Below, piece after piece: positions 1 to 9,385 of a DNA stretch of 64,000 nt. This DNA is from an uncultured delta proteobacterium (GTDB lineage: Bacteria > Myxococcota_A > Polyangia > Polyangiales > Polyangiaceae), in NCBI GenBank assembly GCA_963841435.1, contig CAWJCS010000006.1, positions 1,248,001 to 1,312,000 on the forward strand. Reading direction: 5' to 3'. The translations under genes were made by a program, and so were the position numbers. Below the pieces are notes generated by a model. The model saw only the letters and a program-made list of their open reading frames with translations. It was not told the origin of the DNA and ran no database searches. How positions within the stretch are numbered: the first letter of the stretch is position 1; every line of letters begins with the position of its first letter.

Positions 1-624
1 GCGGAGCGCACGGAGGAGACCGGCGTTGCGACAGGCCTCGCTTGGACCAGCGTCGGCGGCGAGATCCTCTTCATCGAGGTCACGCGCATGTTCGGCACGG
101 GCAAGATGCAGCTCACGGGGCAGCTCGGCGACGTCATGAAGGAGAGCGCCCACGCGGCCCTGAGCTACGTGCGCACGAACGCCGAGAAGTACGGCGTCTC
201 CAAGGACTTCCTGGAGAAGAGCGACATCCACATCCACATCCCCGCGGGCGCCATGCCGAAGGACGGGCCGAGCGCCGGCATCACGATGTTCACCGCGATC
301 GTCTCGCTACTCACGGGCATCCGCGTGCGGCACGACGTCGCGATGACGGGCGAAATCTCGCTTCGCGGTCGCGTGCTTCCCATTGGTGGCGTCAAGGAGA
401 AGACGCTCGCGGCGCACCGCGCGGGCATCAAGCGCGTGCTCCTACCCGAGCGCAACAAGGCCGACCTCGAGGAAGTGCCGAGGGAAGTGCGCGACGAGCT
501 CGAGTTCGTGTTCGTGCACAAGCTCGACGAGGTGCTGGCTTCGGCGCTCGAGCGGATGCCCGCGCCCTCGCAGGCGTACCTCGACGAGATCGCCAAGCAG
601 CAGGCCCAGCCCTCGACGAATTGA
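1..624 (+). CDS. lon: ATP-dependent Lon protease, C-terminal proteolytic domain (5' partial)
   Basis: Frame is open from base 1 ([19 protein letters not shown]). It carries [29 protein letters not shown] (catalytic Ser), [21 protein letters not shown] (catalytic Lys) and stops at TGA 622-624. Confidence 0.97.
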   Translation, partial: AERTEETGVATGLAWTSVGGEILFIEVTRMFGTGKMQLTGQLGDVMKESAHAALSYVRTNAEKYGVSKDFLEKSDIHIHIPAGAMPKDGPSAGITMFTAIVSLLTGIRVRHDVAMTGEISLRGRVLPIGGVKEKTLAAHRAGIKRVLLPERNKADLEEVPREVRDELEFVFVHKLDEVLASALERMPAPSQAYLDEIAKQQAQPSTN

Positions 625-1486
625 CGCTGCCGACGGAGCGGCGCTCTGCCCGCTGATCTTCTTCGGTTCGTCGAGCTCGGGCTCGCGCGCTCAGAACGTC
701 CGACCAGAGCTTGATGCCGCCGGTCATGCCGTCGACGTTGCCGAACGTTCGGACCACGCTCGGAACCTTGCCCTTGAGGAGCTGCGCGTTGCCGCCGCCC
801 AGGTGCAAGATGCGCGGATTGAAGATCGGCAGCAGGGTTTCGAGCGCGTCGAGCACGCGCTTGCTCCACTCCTTCTTGCCAAGGCGTTTGAGCTCGGCGT
901 CGGAGACGCGTTCCTCGTAGGTTTTCCCCTTCTTGAAGGGGTGATGGCCGAGCTCCAGGTTCGGCACGAGGCGGCCGTCGACGAAGAGCGCGGATCCGAG
1001 GCCCGTGCCGAGCGTGAGCACGAGCTCGACGCCGCGGCCTTCCACGACACCGTAGCCCTGTAGGTCCGCGTCGTTGATCACCCGCACGGGGCAACGGCAG
1101 AGCCGTTCGAGGTCGTGCTCCAGCGGGTGATCGCGCCAGATGTCGCCACCGAGGTTCACTGCCGTGCGGACGATGCCGTGATCGACGACGCCCGGAAAGC
1201 CGACCGAGACGCGGTCGAAGCGCGGCATGCCGCCGATCATGCGCCGGATGACATCCAGCACGGCCTGCGGCCTCGCGGGCTTGGGAGTGAGCATGCGCAC
1301 GCGCTCGGTCAGCGGGCGACCGTCCGCGTCGAGCAGGATCATCTTGATGCCCGTGCCGCCGATGTCGATCGAAAGGGTCGTTGCGCGCGACCGTTCGGTG
1401 GCGCCGCGTACGCGCCTGAGCGCGTGGTCGGCCGCCACGCGCTTGCCGCCGCTCCCGAGCCTGACGAGGCTATTCTTGACTTTCAT
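428..1486 (-). CDS. ROK-family sugar kinase (polyphosphate glucokinase-like); true stop probably near 691
   Basis: Motifs [42 protein letters not shown] and PNLELGH. ATG at 1486. The ORF as given runs ~200 nt antisense into lon; removing one T from GACGTTCTGA gives KLWSDV* at 691-693. Confidence 0.85.
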   Translation of the reverse strand: MKVKNSLVRLGSGGKRVAADHALRRVRGATERSRATTLSIDIGGTGIKMILLDADGRPLTERVRMLTPKPARPQAVLDVIRRMIGGMPRFDRVSVGFPGVVDHGIVRTAVNLGGDIWRDHPLEHDLERLCRCPVRVINDADLQGYGVVEGRGVELVLTLGTGLGSALFVDGRLVPNLELGHHPFKKGKTYEERVSDAELKRLGKKEWSKRVLDALETLLPIFNPRILHLGGGNAQLLKGKVPSVVRTFGNVDGMTGGIKLWSDVLSARARARRTEEDQRAERRSVGSVNSSRAGPAAWRSRRGTPARARASARAPKPAPRRACARTRTRARRALPSALPRGRPCCARVGARA

Positions 1487-1628
1487 GGGCGCCGAACGGA
1501 CGCCCATCCTTATCGGAAGAAAGGCCCGATTCTCAAGACAAAAGCGCCGTCTTCCCACGCCCGATGATGGCCCCTCGCTGTCCGGCTCGCCTTGCCCGGC
1601 GGAAGCAGAGGAGAAAGAGTGTCATGAC

Positions 1629-3278
1629 GTGCGCCCGGTCGGCCTTTGCGTGCTCCTCCTGGCGATGCACTCCGATGGCAAGCGCGCGAGCGTGCCGTGG
1701 CCTCCGGGGCGCGTCGTGCAGACGACCGATCAGGCGGCTGCGCCGTCGCCGGAAGCGTCCGCGAACGCCGAGGCCGACGAGGAGCGGGCGTGCCGGAAGC
1801 GCATCGAGGCGTTTCGTCGCACTGCCGCGCCCGTCGAGCTCGAGCCCGCGCCCGTCGAGCGAGCGCGCCTGCTTGCCGAGGTGAAGGCGACGCCCGTCTG
1901 GTTTCCCGAGCCGCTCCGCTTTCGCTCGGACGATCCGGTGCGCCAGGGCCTGCGCCGGGAGCTCGAGCAAAGCGAGGTCCCCGGTCGGGTGGTTGCCCGC
2001 CTGCTCGCGCGCTACCGCCATTTCCCGCGCTTCTTGCGCGACGTGCTCCTCACCGACGGCTACGTCTACGCGACGACGCCCCAACTCGGGACGGCGCTTG
2101 CCGAGGGCTTGAGCCTCGACGACCTGTTTCGAGACGCCGAGATCGTCGTCCAGAGCGGCCGGACTCGCACGCGGGCACGGCTCGGCGAGGACGGACAGTA
2201 CCTGATCGCCGACGGGGCACACGCGGGCGAGCCGGCGCGCATGGTGCTCTTCGACCGCGTCTGGGCCTTGGGCACCGAGCCCGGACCCGCGCGGCACCTC
2301 GAGCTCGAATCGCTGCGCGACGAGCTCGGATTCGACGAGCTTCTGCTCGAGCGCGCGAGCGACGACCAGGTGCTGGCAAAGGCTCGCTACGGCTCGCGTC
2401 TGGTCCCGACGCTGATCGCCCGCCACGGTGCGTCGCTGTCGCTCGGTTGCGAGCTTCCGGGCTCCGGTCGTGGCGACGTGCTTGCGGCTCGGGCGAGGGC
2501 GCTGCGACAGCGTCGCGTGCACGACGCGCTCGTTGGCGTGATCGAAGGCGAGGTCGAAGAAGCGTTGCCCTTCGACGAGCCGCGTACCGAGCTCGGCCAG
2601 CAGGACGGCAAGCTCCGCCAGGAGTGGCGCCAGGCGTACGCCGAGGGGCGCGCTCGGTACGAGTTCAACGGCGATACCTACCGCGTCTTCGACCGCGAGG
2701 GGCGTCCGCGCGTGCCCCAGGTCTGCGTCGATTTCGTCTTCGACACGCTCGAGCGGCTGGGCGGGTCGTGGTATGCGCCGCACGGCTCCACGCGCGAGCG
2801 GCGGCCGGGTCGCGTCAACTTCGACTCGCTCGGCATGGAGAACCGCCGCAACGTCGAGCAGTTTCTCGCGCTCGCCGAGCGCCGCAGCGACCTCTTCGAG
2901 CTCCGCCGCGTTCCACCGGAGGAGCGTGTGCCCCTCGCGAGGCGGGACCGCTTCTTCGCCACGCTGTTCGAGCACCGGGACGAGTACCGGGAGGGTGACG
3001 TCGTCGTGATCCTCGGGCTCCGGGACGACGACAAGCTCCACTACCATTCCTTCTTCGTCGTCGAGAGCGACCCGCTCACGGGCATGCCCACCCTGGTCGC
3101 CGGCAACTCCGGACGCCCGCGCATCCGGGCCTGGGCCGTCGAAATGGCGCCGGCGCCCAAGCGGAGCCCGTTCGCGCGCGTTCGCCCGCGGCTCGAATGG
3201 CTCGAGGAGGTCGGTTTCGGTCGCGTCGGGCAGCCGGGCGGCCACGCGCCAGCCCCGCCCGGCCGCGCGGAGCCTTGA
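1629..3278 (+). CDS. Conserved hypothetical secreted protein, possible NlpC/P60-like Cys-His domain at the C-terminus
   Basis: Long ORF with strong GC3 codon bias and a hydrophobic N-terminus from GTG 1629 (start uncertain). C-terminal PQVCVDF...GDVVVILG...HYHSFFVV pattern. Confidence 0.7.
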   Translation: MRPVGLCVLLLAMHSDGKRASVPWPPGRVVQTTDQAAAPSPEASANAEADEERACRKRIEAFRRTAAPVELEPAPVERARLLAEVKATPVWFPEPLRFRSDDPVRQGLRRELEQSEVPGRVVARLLARYRHFPRFLRDVLLTDGYVYATTPQLGTALAEGLSLDDLFRDAEIVVQSGRTRTRARLGEDGQYLIADGAHAGEPARMVLFDRVWALGTEPGPARHLELESLRDELGFDELLLERASDDQVLAKARYGSRLVPTLIARHGASLSLGCELPGSGRGDVLAARARALRQRRVHDALVGVIEGEVEEALPFDEPRTELGQQDGKLRQEWRQAYAEGRARYEFNGDTYRVFDREGRPRVPQVCVDFVFDTLERLGGSWYAPHGSTRERRPGRVNFDSLGMENRRNVEQFLALAERRSDLFELRRVPPEERVPLARRDRFFATLFEHRDEYREGDVVVILGLRDDDKLHYHSFFVVESDPLTGMPTLVAGNSGRPRIRAWAVEMAPAPKRSPFARVRPRLEWLEEVGFGRVGQPGGHAPAPPGRAEP

Positions 3279-3319
3279 CCCCGGCACGCGAGCCACTACC
3301 TTCCGGGGTCCCCGCGCCC

Positions 3320-4633
3320 ATGAACGGAACCAAGAAATCCAGCGTCCGCGTTGCCCTGCTCGGTTGCGGCACGGTTGGCGGCGGCGTGCTGCGCCTGCTG
3401 CGTGAGAACTCGAGCTTCCTCGCATCACGCATCGGCGCGAGCATCGACGTGACGCACGTGCTCGTGCGCGACATCGACAAGCCGCGCGTGAGCGAGTGCA
3501 AGAGCGAGTGGCTCACGGTCAACCCCGAGATCATCTTCGCGGACCCGAACGTCAACGTCGTCGTCGAGGTGATGGGCGGCGAGGAGCCCGCCAAGCGCTA
3601 CCTTTCGCGCGCGCTCGCGGCAGGGCAGGCGGTCGTGAGCGCGAACAAGCTCCTGATCGCCCACCACGGCCCGGAGCTCGTGGCCGAGGCGATCTCGCGG
3701 CGCGTCAACTTCGCGTTCGAGGCGTCGGTGGGCGGCGGTATCCCCATCATCCGCACGCTGCGCGAGGCGCTCGCGAGCGACTCGGTGTCGAGCGTGCACG
3801 CTATCCTCAACGGCACGTCGAACTACATTCTCACGCGCATGCGCGAGGCGGGGCTCTCCTTCGCCGAGGCGCTCGCCGAGGCCCAGCGCCTCGGCTATGC
3901 CGAGGCCGAGCCCTCGCTCGACGTCGACGGCCACGACGCGGCCCAGAAGCTCATCGTGATGGCGATGCTCGCTTTCGGTGCGAAGGTGAACGCCAAGGAC
4001 ATGCTCGTCGAGGGCATCCGCGAGCTCGATGAGGTCGACTTCCGCTTCGCGGAGCGCTTCGGCTTCACGCTGAAGCACCTCGGCATCGGCCACGATCGCG
4101 GCGAGTTCGTGGAGCTTCGCGTGCACCCGGCGCTCGTGCGCAAGAACAGCGTGCTCGCGAACGTCGACGGAGTTCTCAACGGTATGTTCGTCATGGGGCG
4201 CGCGCTCGGGCCGTGCCTGCTCGTGGGGCGCGGCGCGGGCGACATGCCGACCGCCGTGAGCGTCGTCGCGGATCTCGTTGACGTCGCGAGGGCGCGCATG
4301 GGCGGCGAGCCCGGCCTGATGACGCGCGGCATTCAGCTCAAGGCCCGTCCGCTCCTGCCGCAGGGCAAGGTCGAGACGCGTTACTACCTGCGCTTCGACG
4401 TCGCGGATCACCCGGGCGTCGTCGGCAGCATCGCCTCGGCGCTCGGCGGCGAGAACGTGAGCATCGAGCAAATGGTGCAGGAAGGGCGCGCCGCGGGCGG
4501 TGAGCACGGCGTGCCGGTGTGCCTCATCACGCACGTCACGGAGGAGGGCGCGCTCCTGCGCGCGCTCGGTGAGCTTGCGGAAAAGCCGTTCTTGAGGCGC
4601 GCCCCGCGCCTGATCCGGATCGAGGAGGTGTGA
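3320..4633 (+). CDS. hom: Homoserine dehydrogenase with C-terminal ACT domain
   Basis: GCGTVGGG Rossmann motif, VVSANK, FEASVGGGIPII, ILNGTSNYIL, GYAEAEPSLDVDGHDAAQK, GAGDMPTA, and ACT domain DHPGVVGSIA. Confidence 0.96.
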   Translation: MNGTKKSSVRVALLGCGTVGGGVLRLLRENSSFLASRIGASIDVTHVLVRDIDKPRVSECKSEWLTVNPEIIFADPNVNVVVEVMGGEEPAKRYLSRALAAGQAVVSANKLLIAHHGPELVAEAISRRVNFAFEASVGGGIPIIRTLREALASDSVSSVHAILNGTSNYILTRMREAGLSFAEALAEAQRLGYAEAEPSLDVDGHDAAQKLIVMAMLAFGAKVNAKDMLVEGIRELDEVDFRFAERFGFTLKHLGIGHDRGEFVELRVHPALVRKNSVLANVDGVLNGMFVMGRALGPCLLVGRGAGDMPTAVSVVADLVDVARARMGGEPGLMTRGIQLKARPLLPQGKVETRYYLRFDVADHPGVVGSIASALGGENVSIEQMVQEGRAAGGEHGVPVCLITHVTEEGALLRALGELAEKPFLRRAPRLIRIEEV

Positions 4634-5487
4634 CCTCGTCCGCACCCTCGCCGCTCGGGGTATTCGACTCGGGGCTCGGGGGTCTCACGGTGGCGCGGGC
4701 GCTCACCCAGGCGCTGCCGAGCGAGAGCATTCTTTACCTCGGCGACACCGCGCGCGTGCCCTACGGGACGCGCTCGCCCGAGACCGTGTTGCGCTACGCG
4801 CGGAGCTGCGCGAAGGTGCTCACGGCGCGCGGTGTGAAGGCGATGGTCGTCGCGTGCAATACCGTGAGCGCCGTCGCGCTCGAGATGCTGCGCGCCGAGC
4901 TCGATCTGCCCGTGCTCGGCGTCGTCGAGCCGGGTGCGCGTGCCGCCGTGCGAGCGCTCGCGGCGCTGCCCAAGCGCGAGGGCCCGCCGCCGAAGATCGG
5001 CGTGCTCGGCACGGCGGGCACCGTTGCGTCGGGGGCGTACCCGCGTGCGATCGCCCGCGAAAGCACGCGAGTCGAGGTGCTGGCGCTCGCGGCGCCGCTG
5101 CTCGTGCCGCTCGTCGAGGAGGGCTGGCTCGAGGGCGATGTGCCGCGCCTCGCCGTGACGCGCTACGTCGAGCCGTTGATCCGAGGCGGCGCACGCGTGC
5201 TCGTGCTCGGTTGCACGCACTATCCTCTCCTGGCGCCGCTCATTGCCGAGGTGGCCTCCGAGCTCGCGGGCACGGAGATCGTGGTCGTCGACAGCGCGCG
5301 GGCCACGGCGGACGACCTCGTCCGTTATTTCGACGAGGGGCGCATCGACCGCGCGCCGCCTGGTGCCACGAGCCCCCGCCTCGAGATCCTCGTCACCGAC
5401 CGACCGGCGAGCTTTCGCGAGGTGTCGAGCCGGTTCCTCGGGGTGGACTCTCCCGATGTCACGCAGATCGATCTCGGGGAAGCATAA
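4630..5487 (+). CDS. murI: Glutamate racemase
   Basis: GVFDSGLGGLTV, GDTARVPYG, VVACNTVS and VLGCTHYPLL. GTGA overlap with the hom stop. Confidence 0.97.
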   Translation: MTSSAPSPLGVFDSGLGGLTVARALTQALPSESILYLGDTARVPYGTRSPETVLRYARSCAKVLTARGVKAMVVACNTVSAVALEMLRAELDLPVLGVVEPGARAAVRALAALPKREGPPPKIGVLGTAGTVASGAYPRAIARESTRVEVLALAAPLLVPLVEEGWLEGDVPRLAVTRYVEPLIRGGARVLVLGCTHYPLLAPLIAEVASELAGTEIVVVDSARATADDLVRYFDEGRIDRAPPGATSPRLEILVTDRPASFREVSSRFLGVDSPDVTQIDLGEA

Positions 5488-5529
5488 GCGAGTAGAGGGC
5501 GTAGCCTCGCTAGGGTAAAGGTAGCCGGC

Positions 5530-7386
5530 GTGGATTCGGACGCGGAGGTTGCGGCAGCCCGCATCGGTCGGGTGATTGGCGGCAGGTACCGCCTGCTCCG
5601 CGTGCTCGGGATCGGGGGCATGGCCGCCGTCTACGAGGCTCAGGATCCCTCGGGCCAGCGGGTTGCCATCAAGCTCTTGCACCCCGAAATGGCCGCCCGC
5701 CGCGAGGTGCGCGAGCGCTTCGTGCAAGAGGGCACCGTCGCTGCCACCATCGACCATCCGGGCGTCGTGCAGACCCTGCCCCCCGAAGCCGCGGGCGACG
5801 ACGGCTACCTCGTGATGGAGCTTCTCGAAGGAGAGACGCTCCGCGCCCGCGTTCAGCGCCACGGTTGCCTGCCGCTCGACGAGGTGCTCGACCATGCCGA
5901 GCAGATCCTCGGCGTGCTCGTCGCCGCCCACGACAAGGGCGTCGTGCACCGCGACCTCAAGCCCGACAATCTGTTCGTGACGCCCGACGGGCGTGTGAAG
6001 ATCCTCGACTTCGGTCTGGCGCGCGTGCTCGACGGCGTGCCCGGGGAGCGCCGGACGCGCACGGGCGTCGCCCTCGGCACGCTCGCGTACATGGCGCCCG
6101 AGCAAGCACTCGGCCGCCGCGCCGAGATCGACGGCCGAGTGGACGTGTTCGCGCTCGGAGCGACGATGTTCCGCGTGCTCTCGGGTCGGCGCGTGCACGA
6201 GGCGGAGAGCGAGGCCGAGCTGCTCATGGCGATGGCGTCTCGCCCGGCCCCGCCCCTCGCGTCCGTGGCGCCCGACACGCGGCCCGGCGCGTGCGCGGTG
6301 GTCAACCTCGCGCTCGCGTTTTCTCGTGAAGCGCGCTACCCGGACAGCCGCACCATGCTCGGCGACGTGCGGGCGCTCCGCGCGGGTGCGGAGCCGCCAT
6401 TCGCCACGAGCCGCCTCGCGTCGCGCGACGAGGCAACACGAGCCGATGGTCCGGCTCCCTCGGGGCGCACGCAGCCGCTCGGCGCGCGCGAGCCGGCGCC
6501 GTCCCAGCGCGGCGGTACCGTGCCGCTCGCCGCCTACGGGGGCGCGGGTGCGCAGGCGCCGCCACCGGGCGGTGCTGCGCCGCAAACGGTTCTCGCAGCC
6601 GGCATGGGCGCGGGCCCGGCGGGCGCCGCCGACACGGCGCCGATGTCCGCTCGGGCGGCTGGTAGGGGTCGCACCGAGCCGCTCGTGCAACATCCGCCCG
6701 CGGTGGCGCCCGGACCCGGCCTTTCGCCTTCGGGTGCGCCCCCCGCCGGGCCCGCCAGCGCGCCCCCCGTGGCCGGCCCCGGCGTACCGCTTGCAGCGAC
6801 CTCCGGTCCACCGCCCGCCGTGGTCGCGGGTGCGCCCCCCGCCGTGATGACACGTGCGCCCACGGCACGCCGGCGTGCACTCTTGCCGATCATCGCGGTG
6901 GGTGGGGTCTCGCTCGCGCTGGGTATCGGGATCACGGTGTGGGCTATGGTGGATGCGGGAAGCTCGGGCAACGCTTCGGACGCTGGCGCCGCAGACGGCG
7001 CGGGCAAGGCGCGTGCGGCAAGCGTCGCGCTGGCGCCCAGCGCGTCGAACGTGCCCGCGCCGCCGATCCTCGCCGACACGAGCGCGCAGTCGCGCGGCGC
7101 CACCGCGGAGCGCCCGGCGCCGACGCCCGCCGCGGCTGCGCCGGCGGTGCCGCCCGTGCCGGCCGGCAGCGTCGCGCCCCCCGCGCCCGCGAGCGCGCGC
7201 GAGGGGCTGGTCGCCGCTCCGGGTGCCGAGCCGTCCACGCCATCGTCGGCGCCCGCCCCGAGCCCCGCCGCGGTCGCGGCGCCGGGCACCGCTGCAACGG
7301 CGCCGGCCTCCGCCGCGACGACGCCGCCCGCGAAGCACTTCGGTCGCGGACGCGGTCGGCTCGGTCGCCCGGCGCCGACTCAGTGA
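5530..7386 (+). CDS. Hanks-type Ser/Thr protein kinase with Pro/Ala-rich linker and one TM helix
   Basis: LGIGGMAAVY, VAIKLL, HRDLKPDN, DFGLAR, GTLAYMAPEQ and DVFALG; TM segment LLPIIAVGGVSLALGIGITVWAMV. Confidence 0.95.
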   Translation: MDSDAEVAAARIGRVIGGRYRLLRVLGIGGMAAVYEAQDPSGQRVAIKLLHPEMAARREVRERFVQEGTVAATIDHPGVVQTLPPEAAGDDGYLVMELLEGETLRARVQRHGCLPLDEVLDHAEQILGVLVAAHDKGVVHRDLKPDNLFVTPDGRVKILDFGLARVLDGVPGERRTRTGVALGTLAYMAPEQALGRRAEIDGRVDVFALGATMFRVLSGRRVHEAESEAELLMAMASRPAPPLASVAPDTRPGACAVVNLALAFSREARYPDSRTMLGDVRALRAGAEPPFATSRLASRDEATRADGPAPSGRTQPLGAREPAPSQRGGTVPLAAYGGAGAQAPPPGGAAPQTVLAAGMGAGPAGAADTAPMSARAAGRGRTEPLVQHPPAVAPGPGLSPSGAPPAGPASAPPVAGPGVPLAATSGPPPAVVAGAPPAVMTRAPTARRRALLPIIAVGGVSLALGIGITVWAMVDAGSSGNASDAGAADGAGKARAASVALAPSASNVPAPPILADTSAQSRGATAERPAPTPAAAAPAVPPVPAGSVAPPAPASAREGLVAAPGAEPSTPSSAPAPSPAAVAAPGTAATAPASAATTPPAKHFGRGRGRLGRPAPTQ

Positions 7387-7405
7387 GCGGCGGCGCCGGG
7401 ACTCC

Positions 7406-8335
7406 TCATGCCGTCGCGACGCAGGCGAGCAGCACGGCCATGCGCACGGCGACACCCGCCTCGACCTGGTCGAGGATCGCGCTTTCCGCGCCGTCGGCGA
7501 CGTCGTCGGCGACCTCGACGCCGCGATTGAGCGGACCCGGGTGCATCACGATGGCCGACGGGTTCGCGAGGCCGAGGCGCTCGCGACTCAATCCGAACAC
7601 GCGCGAGTACTCGCGCAGCGACGGGATGAGGGCGGCGCCGAGCCGCTCGCGCTGGATGCGGAGCATCATCACGACGTCGGCACCCTCGAGCGCGGGCTCG
7701 AGGCGATCGAAGCACTTGGCGCCGAGCCCCGCCGGATCGTGCGGCAGGAGCGTGCGCGGCCCGGCGAGGCGCACCTCGGCGCCGAGCAGCCGCAAAAGGA
7801 GCGTGTTGGAGCGTGCCACGCGGCTGTGCAGCACGTCGCCGCAGATGGCGACGACGACGCCGTCGAGGTCTCGCCCGAGGCGGCGCCGGATCGTGAGCGC
7901 GTCCAGCAGGGCCTGCGTCGGGTGCTCGTGCATGCCGTCTCCGGCGTTGATCACGGGCGCGCGGGAGCGGCTCGCGACGTAGGCGGGCGCTCCGGAGGCC
8001 GGATGGCGGATGACGATGGCATCGGCATGCATCGCGTCGACCGTCGCGACGGTATCTCGCAACGTCTCGCCCTTGCTGGTGCTCGACGAGGACCCCCCGA
8101 TGTTCAAGACGTCCGCGCTCAGTCGCTTGCCCGCGAGCTCGAAGCTCGCGCGCGTCCTCGTCGATGCTTCGAAGAAGAGATTGACGACGGTCTTGCCGGC
8201 GAGCGCCTGCCCCTTGCGGGTCGGGAGGCGGCCGAGCGCGTGAAACTCGTCCGCCTTGTCGAGCAGCATTAGCGCCGTCTCACGAGTGAGGCCCTCGATG
8301 CCGAGTAGGTGGCGGAGTCGTGGCAGCGCGGTCAC
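7406..8335 (-). CDS. pyrB: Aspartate carbamoyltransferase catalytic subunit
   Basis: [56 protein letters not shown] and [14 protein letters not shown] start at 8335 chosen by protein length. Confidence 0.96.
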   Translation of the reverse strand: MTALPRLRHLLGIEGLTRETALMLLDKADEFHALGRLPTRKGQALAGKTVVNLFFEASTRTRASFELAGKRLSADVLNIGGSSSSTSKGETLRDTVATVDAMHADAIVIRHPASGAPAYVASRSRAPVINAGDGMHEHPTQALLDALTIRRRLGRDLDGVVVAICGDVLHSRVARSNTLLLRLLGAEVRLAGPRTLLPHDPAGLGAKCFDRLEPALEGADVVMMLRIQRERLGAALIPSLREYSRVFGLSRERLGLANPSAIVMHPGPLNRGVEVADDVADGAESAILDQVEAGVAVRMAVLLACVATA

Positions 8336-8467
8336 GAGCGGCCCGGTCCTAGCACTTTGCCGAGCGCGATTCTGCCCCCTCGCATTCCGTCGCGGCCGCA
8401 AGGCTCCCGACGGCCGCGCAGCGTCCCGTGGGCGGACGCCCCGGGCCTGCGGGGCCGGGACCCCTCG

Positions 8468-8503
8468 TGTCAATAAGATAGAATAGGAGTCATTATATTG
8501 TCA
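8468..8503 (-). promoter_or_regulatory. AT-rich promoter/operator patch upstream of pyrB
   Basis: AT-rich island in GC-rich DNA. Minus-strand TATAAT at 8497-8492 and TTGACA at 8473-8468, which is not canonical promoter order. Imperfect inverted repeat TGTCAATA-N20-TATTGTCA. Confidence 0.45.
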
Positions 8504-8545
8504 GCTTACGTCGCGGCGTGCGGCACGGCCGGCGGAGGCGCGCCA

Positions 8546-9385
8546 TCAGTTCAGCCAGCCACCGTTCGGACCGCGGCGCCCGCTGTCCGGATCGGAGTCC
8601 CGCTTCTTCTTGCCGCCGCCTTCGAGCACTTGAAGGCCCGAGCTCTCGATGCGCTTCTTACGCACGCCGGCCTCGCGGCGCGCCTCGGCGTCGAGCTGCG
8701 CGAGCCGAAGCTTGAGCCAGGCGCGTCGCAACGGCGTGGGACTGCCGCTGCCGAGCAGCCAGCCCGCGAGCATGCCGCCGAAGGGCGCGACGAGCCCATG
8801 CGGGCCGCTCGCGTCCGCGATGAGGTACATGACGTTGAGCAGGGCGACGAAAATGATCAGGCCGCGCGAGCTCACGGGCAGGACGAACATCAGATTGATG
8901 GTGCGGCCCTTGAAAGAGAGCGCCCAGGCGACGGAAACCGCAGAAACCACGGGCACGGCGCCGAACCACACGCCGGGCACGAGCCGCGCCGCGAGCGAGG
9001 CTGGTACCAGGAGCTCGACGAGCATCTGCACGCCGTACGCGATGAGGGCCGAGCCCATGAGGAAACGCAGGAAGCGTCCCTTGCCCCAATGGCTCTCGAG
9101 CGAAGGCCCGAGAAAATAGAGGCCCATGAGTGACGTGAGGATGTGGCCGACGTCGTGCGACGGCGCGTGCAGAAACGGCGCCGTGAACAGGCGCCAGATC
9201 TCTCCGTGCAGGATGCGCTCCGTGTCGCCGCACAGAAGGAGGAACAGCGTGTCCGGGGCACCTCCCCAGTTGATCCCCACCGCGAACACGAGCCACACGG
9301 CGAGCAGCGTGATGAGCACGAGCCGGAGCCCGGGCCCGGGGCGGGGCAGGCCCATGGAGGGTGCGTCGTCGTAACGCCGCGGCAT
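8546..9385 (-). CDS. Rhomboid-family intramembrane protein
   Basis: GEIWRLFTAPFLH, HI...LYFLGPSLESHWGKGRFLRFL and several TM helices. The catalytic GxSG and His are not evident. TGATG coupling with the upstream gene. Confidence 0.85.
   Translation of the reverse strand: MPRRYDDAPSMGLPRPGPGLRLVLITLLAVWLVFAVGINWGGAPDTLFLLLCGDTERILHGEIWRLFTAPFLHAPSHDVGHILTSLMGLYFLGPSLESHWGKGRFLRFLMGSALIAYGVQMLVELLVPASLAARLVPGVWFGAVPVVSAVSVAWALSFKGRTINLMFVLPVSSRGLIIFVALLNVMYLIADASGPHGLVAPFGGMLAGWLLGSGSPTPLRRAWLKLRLAQLDAEARREAGVRKKRIESSGLQVLEGGGKKKRDSDPDSGRRGPNGGWLN

Noticed and set aside
4408-7455. Very long antisense and alternative-frame ORFs (e.g. 4408..7455, 35689..38673, 13304..15334, 1533..3428)
   Set aside because: These are shadow ORFs typical of high-GC DNA. 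They overlap well-supported genes and have no motifs of their own.
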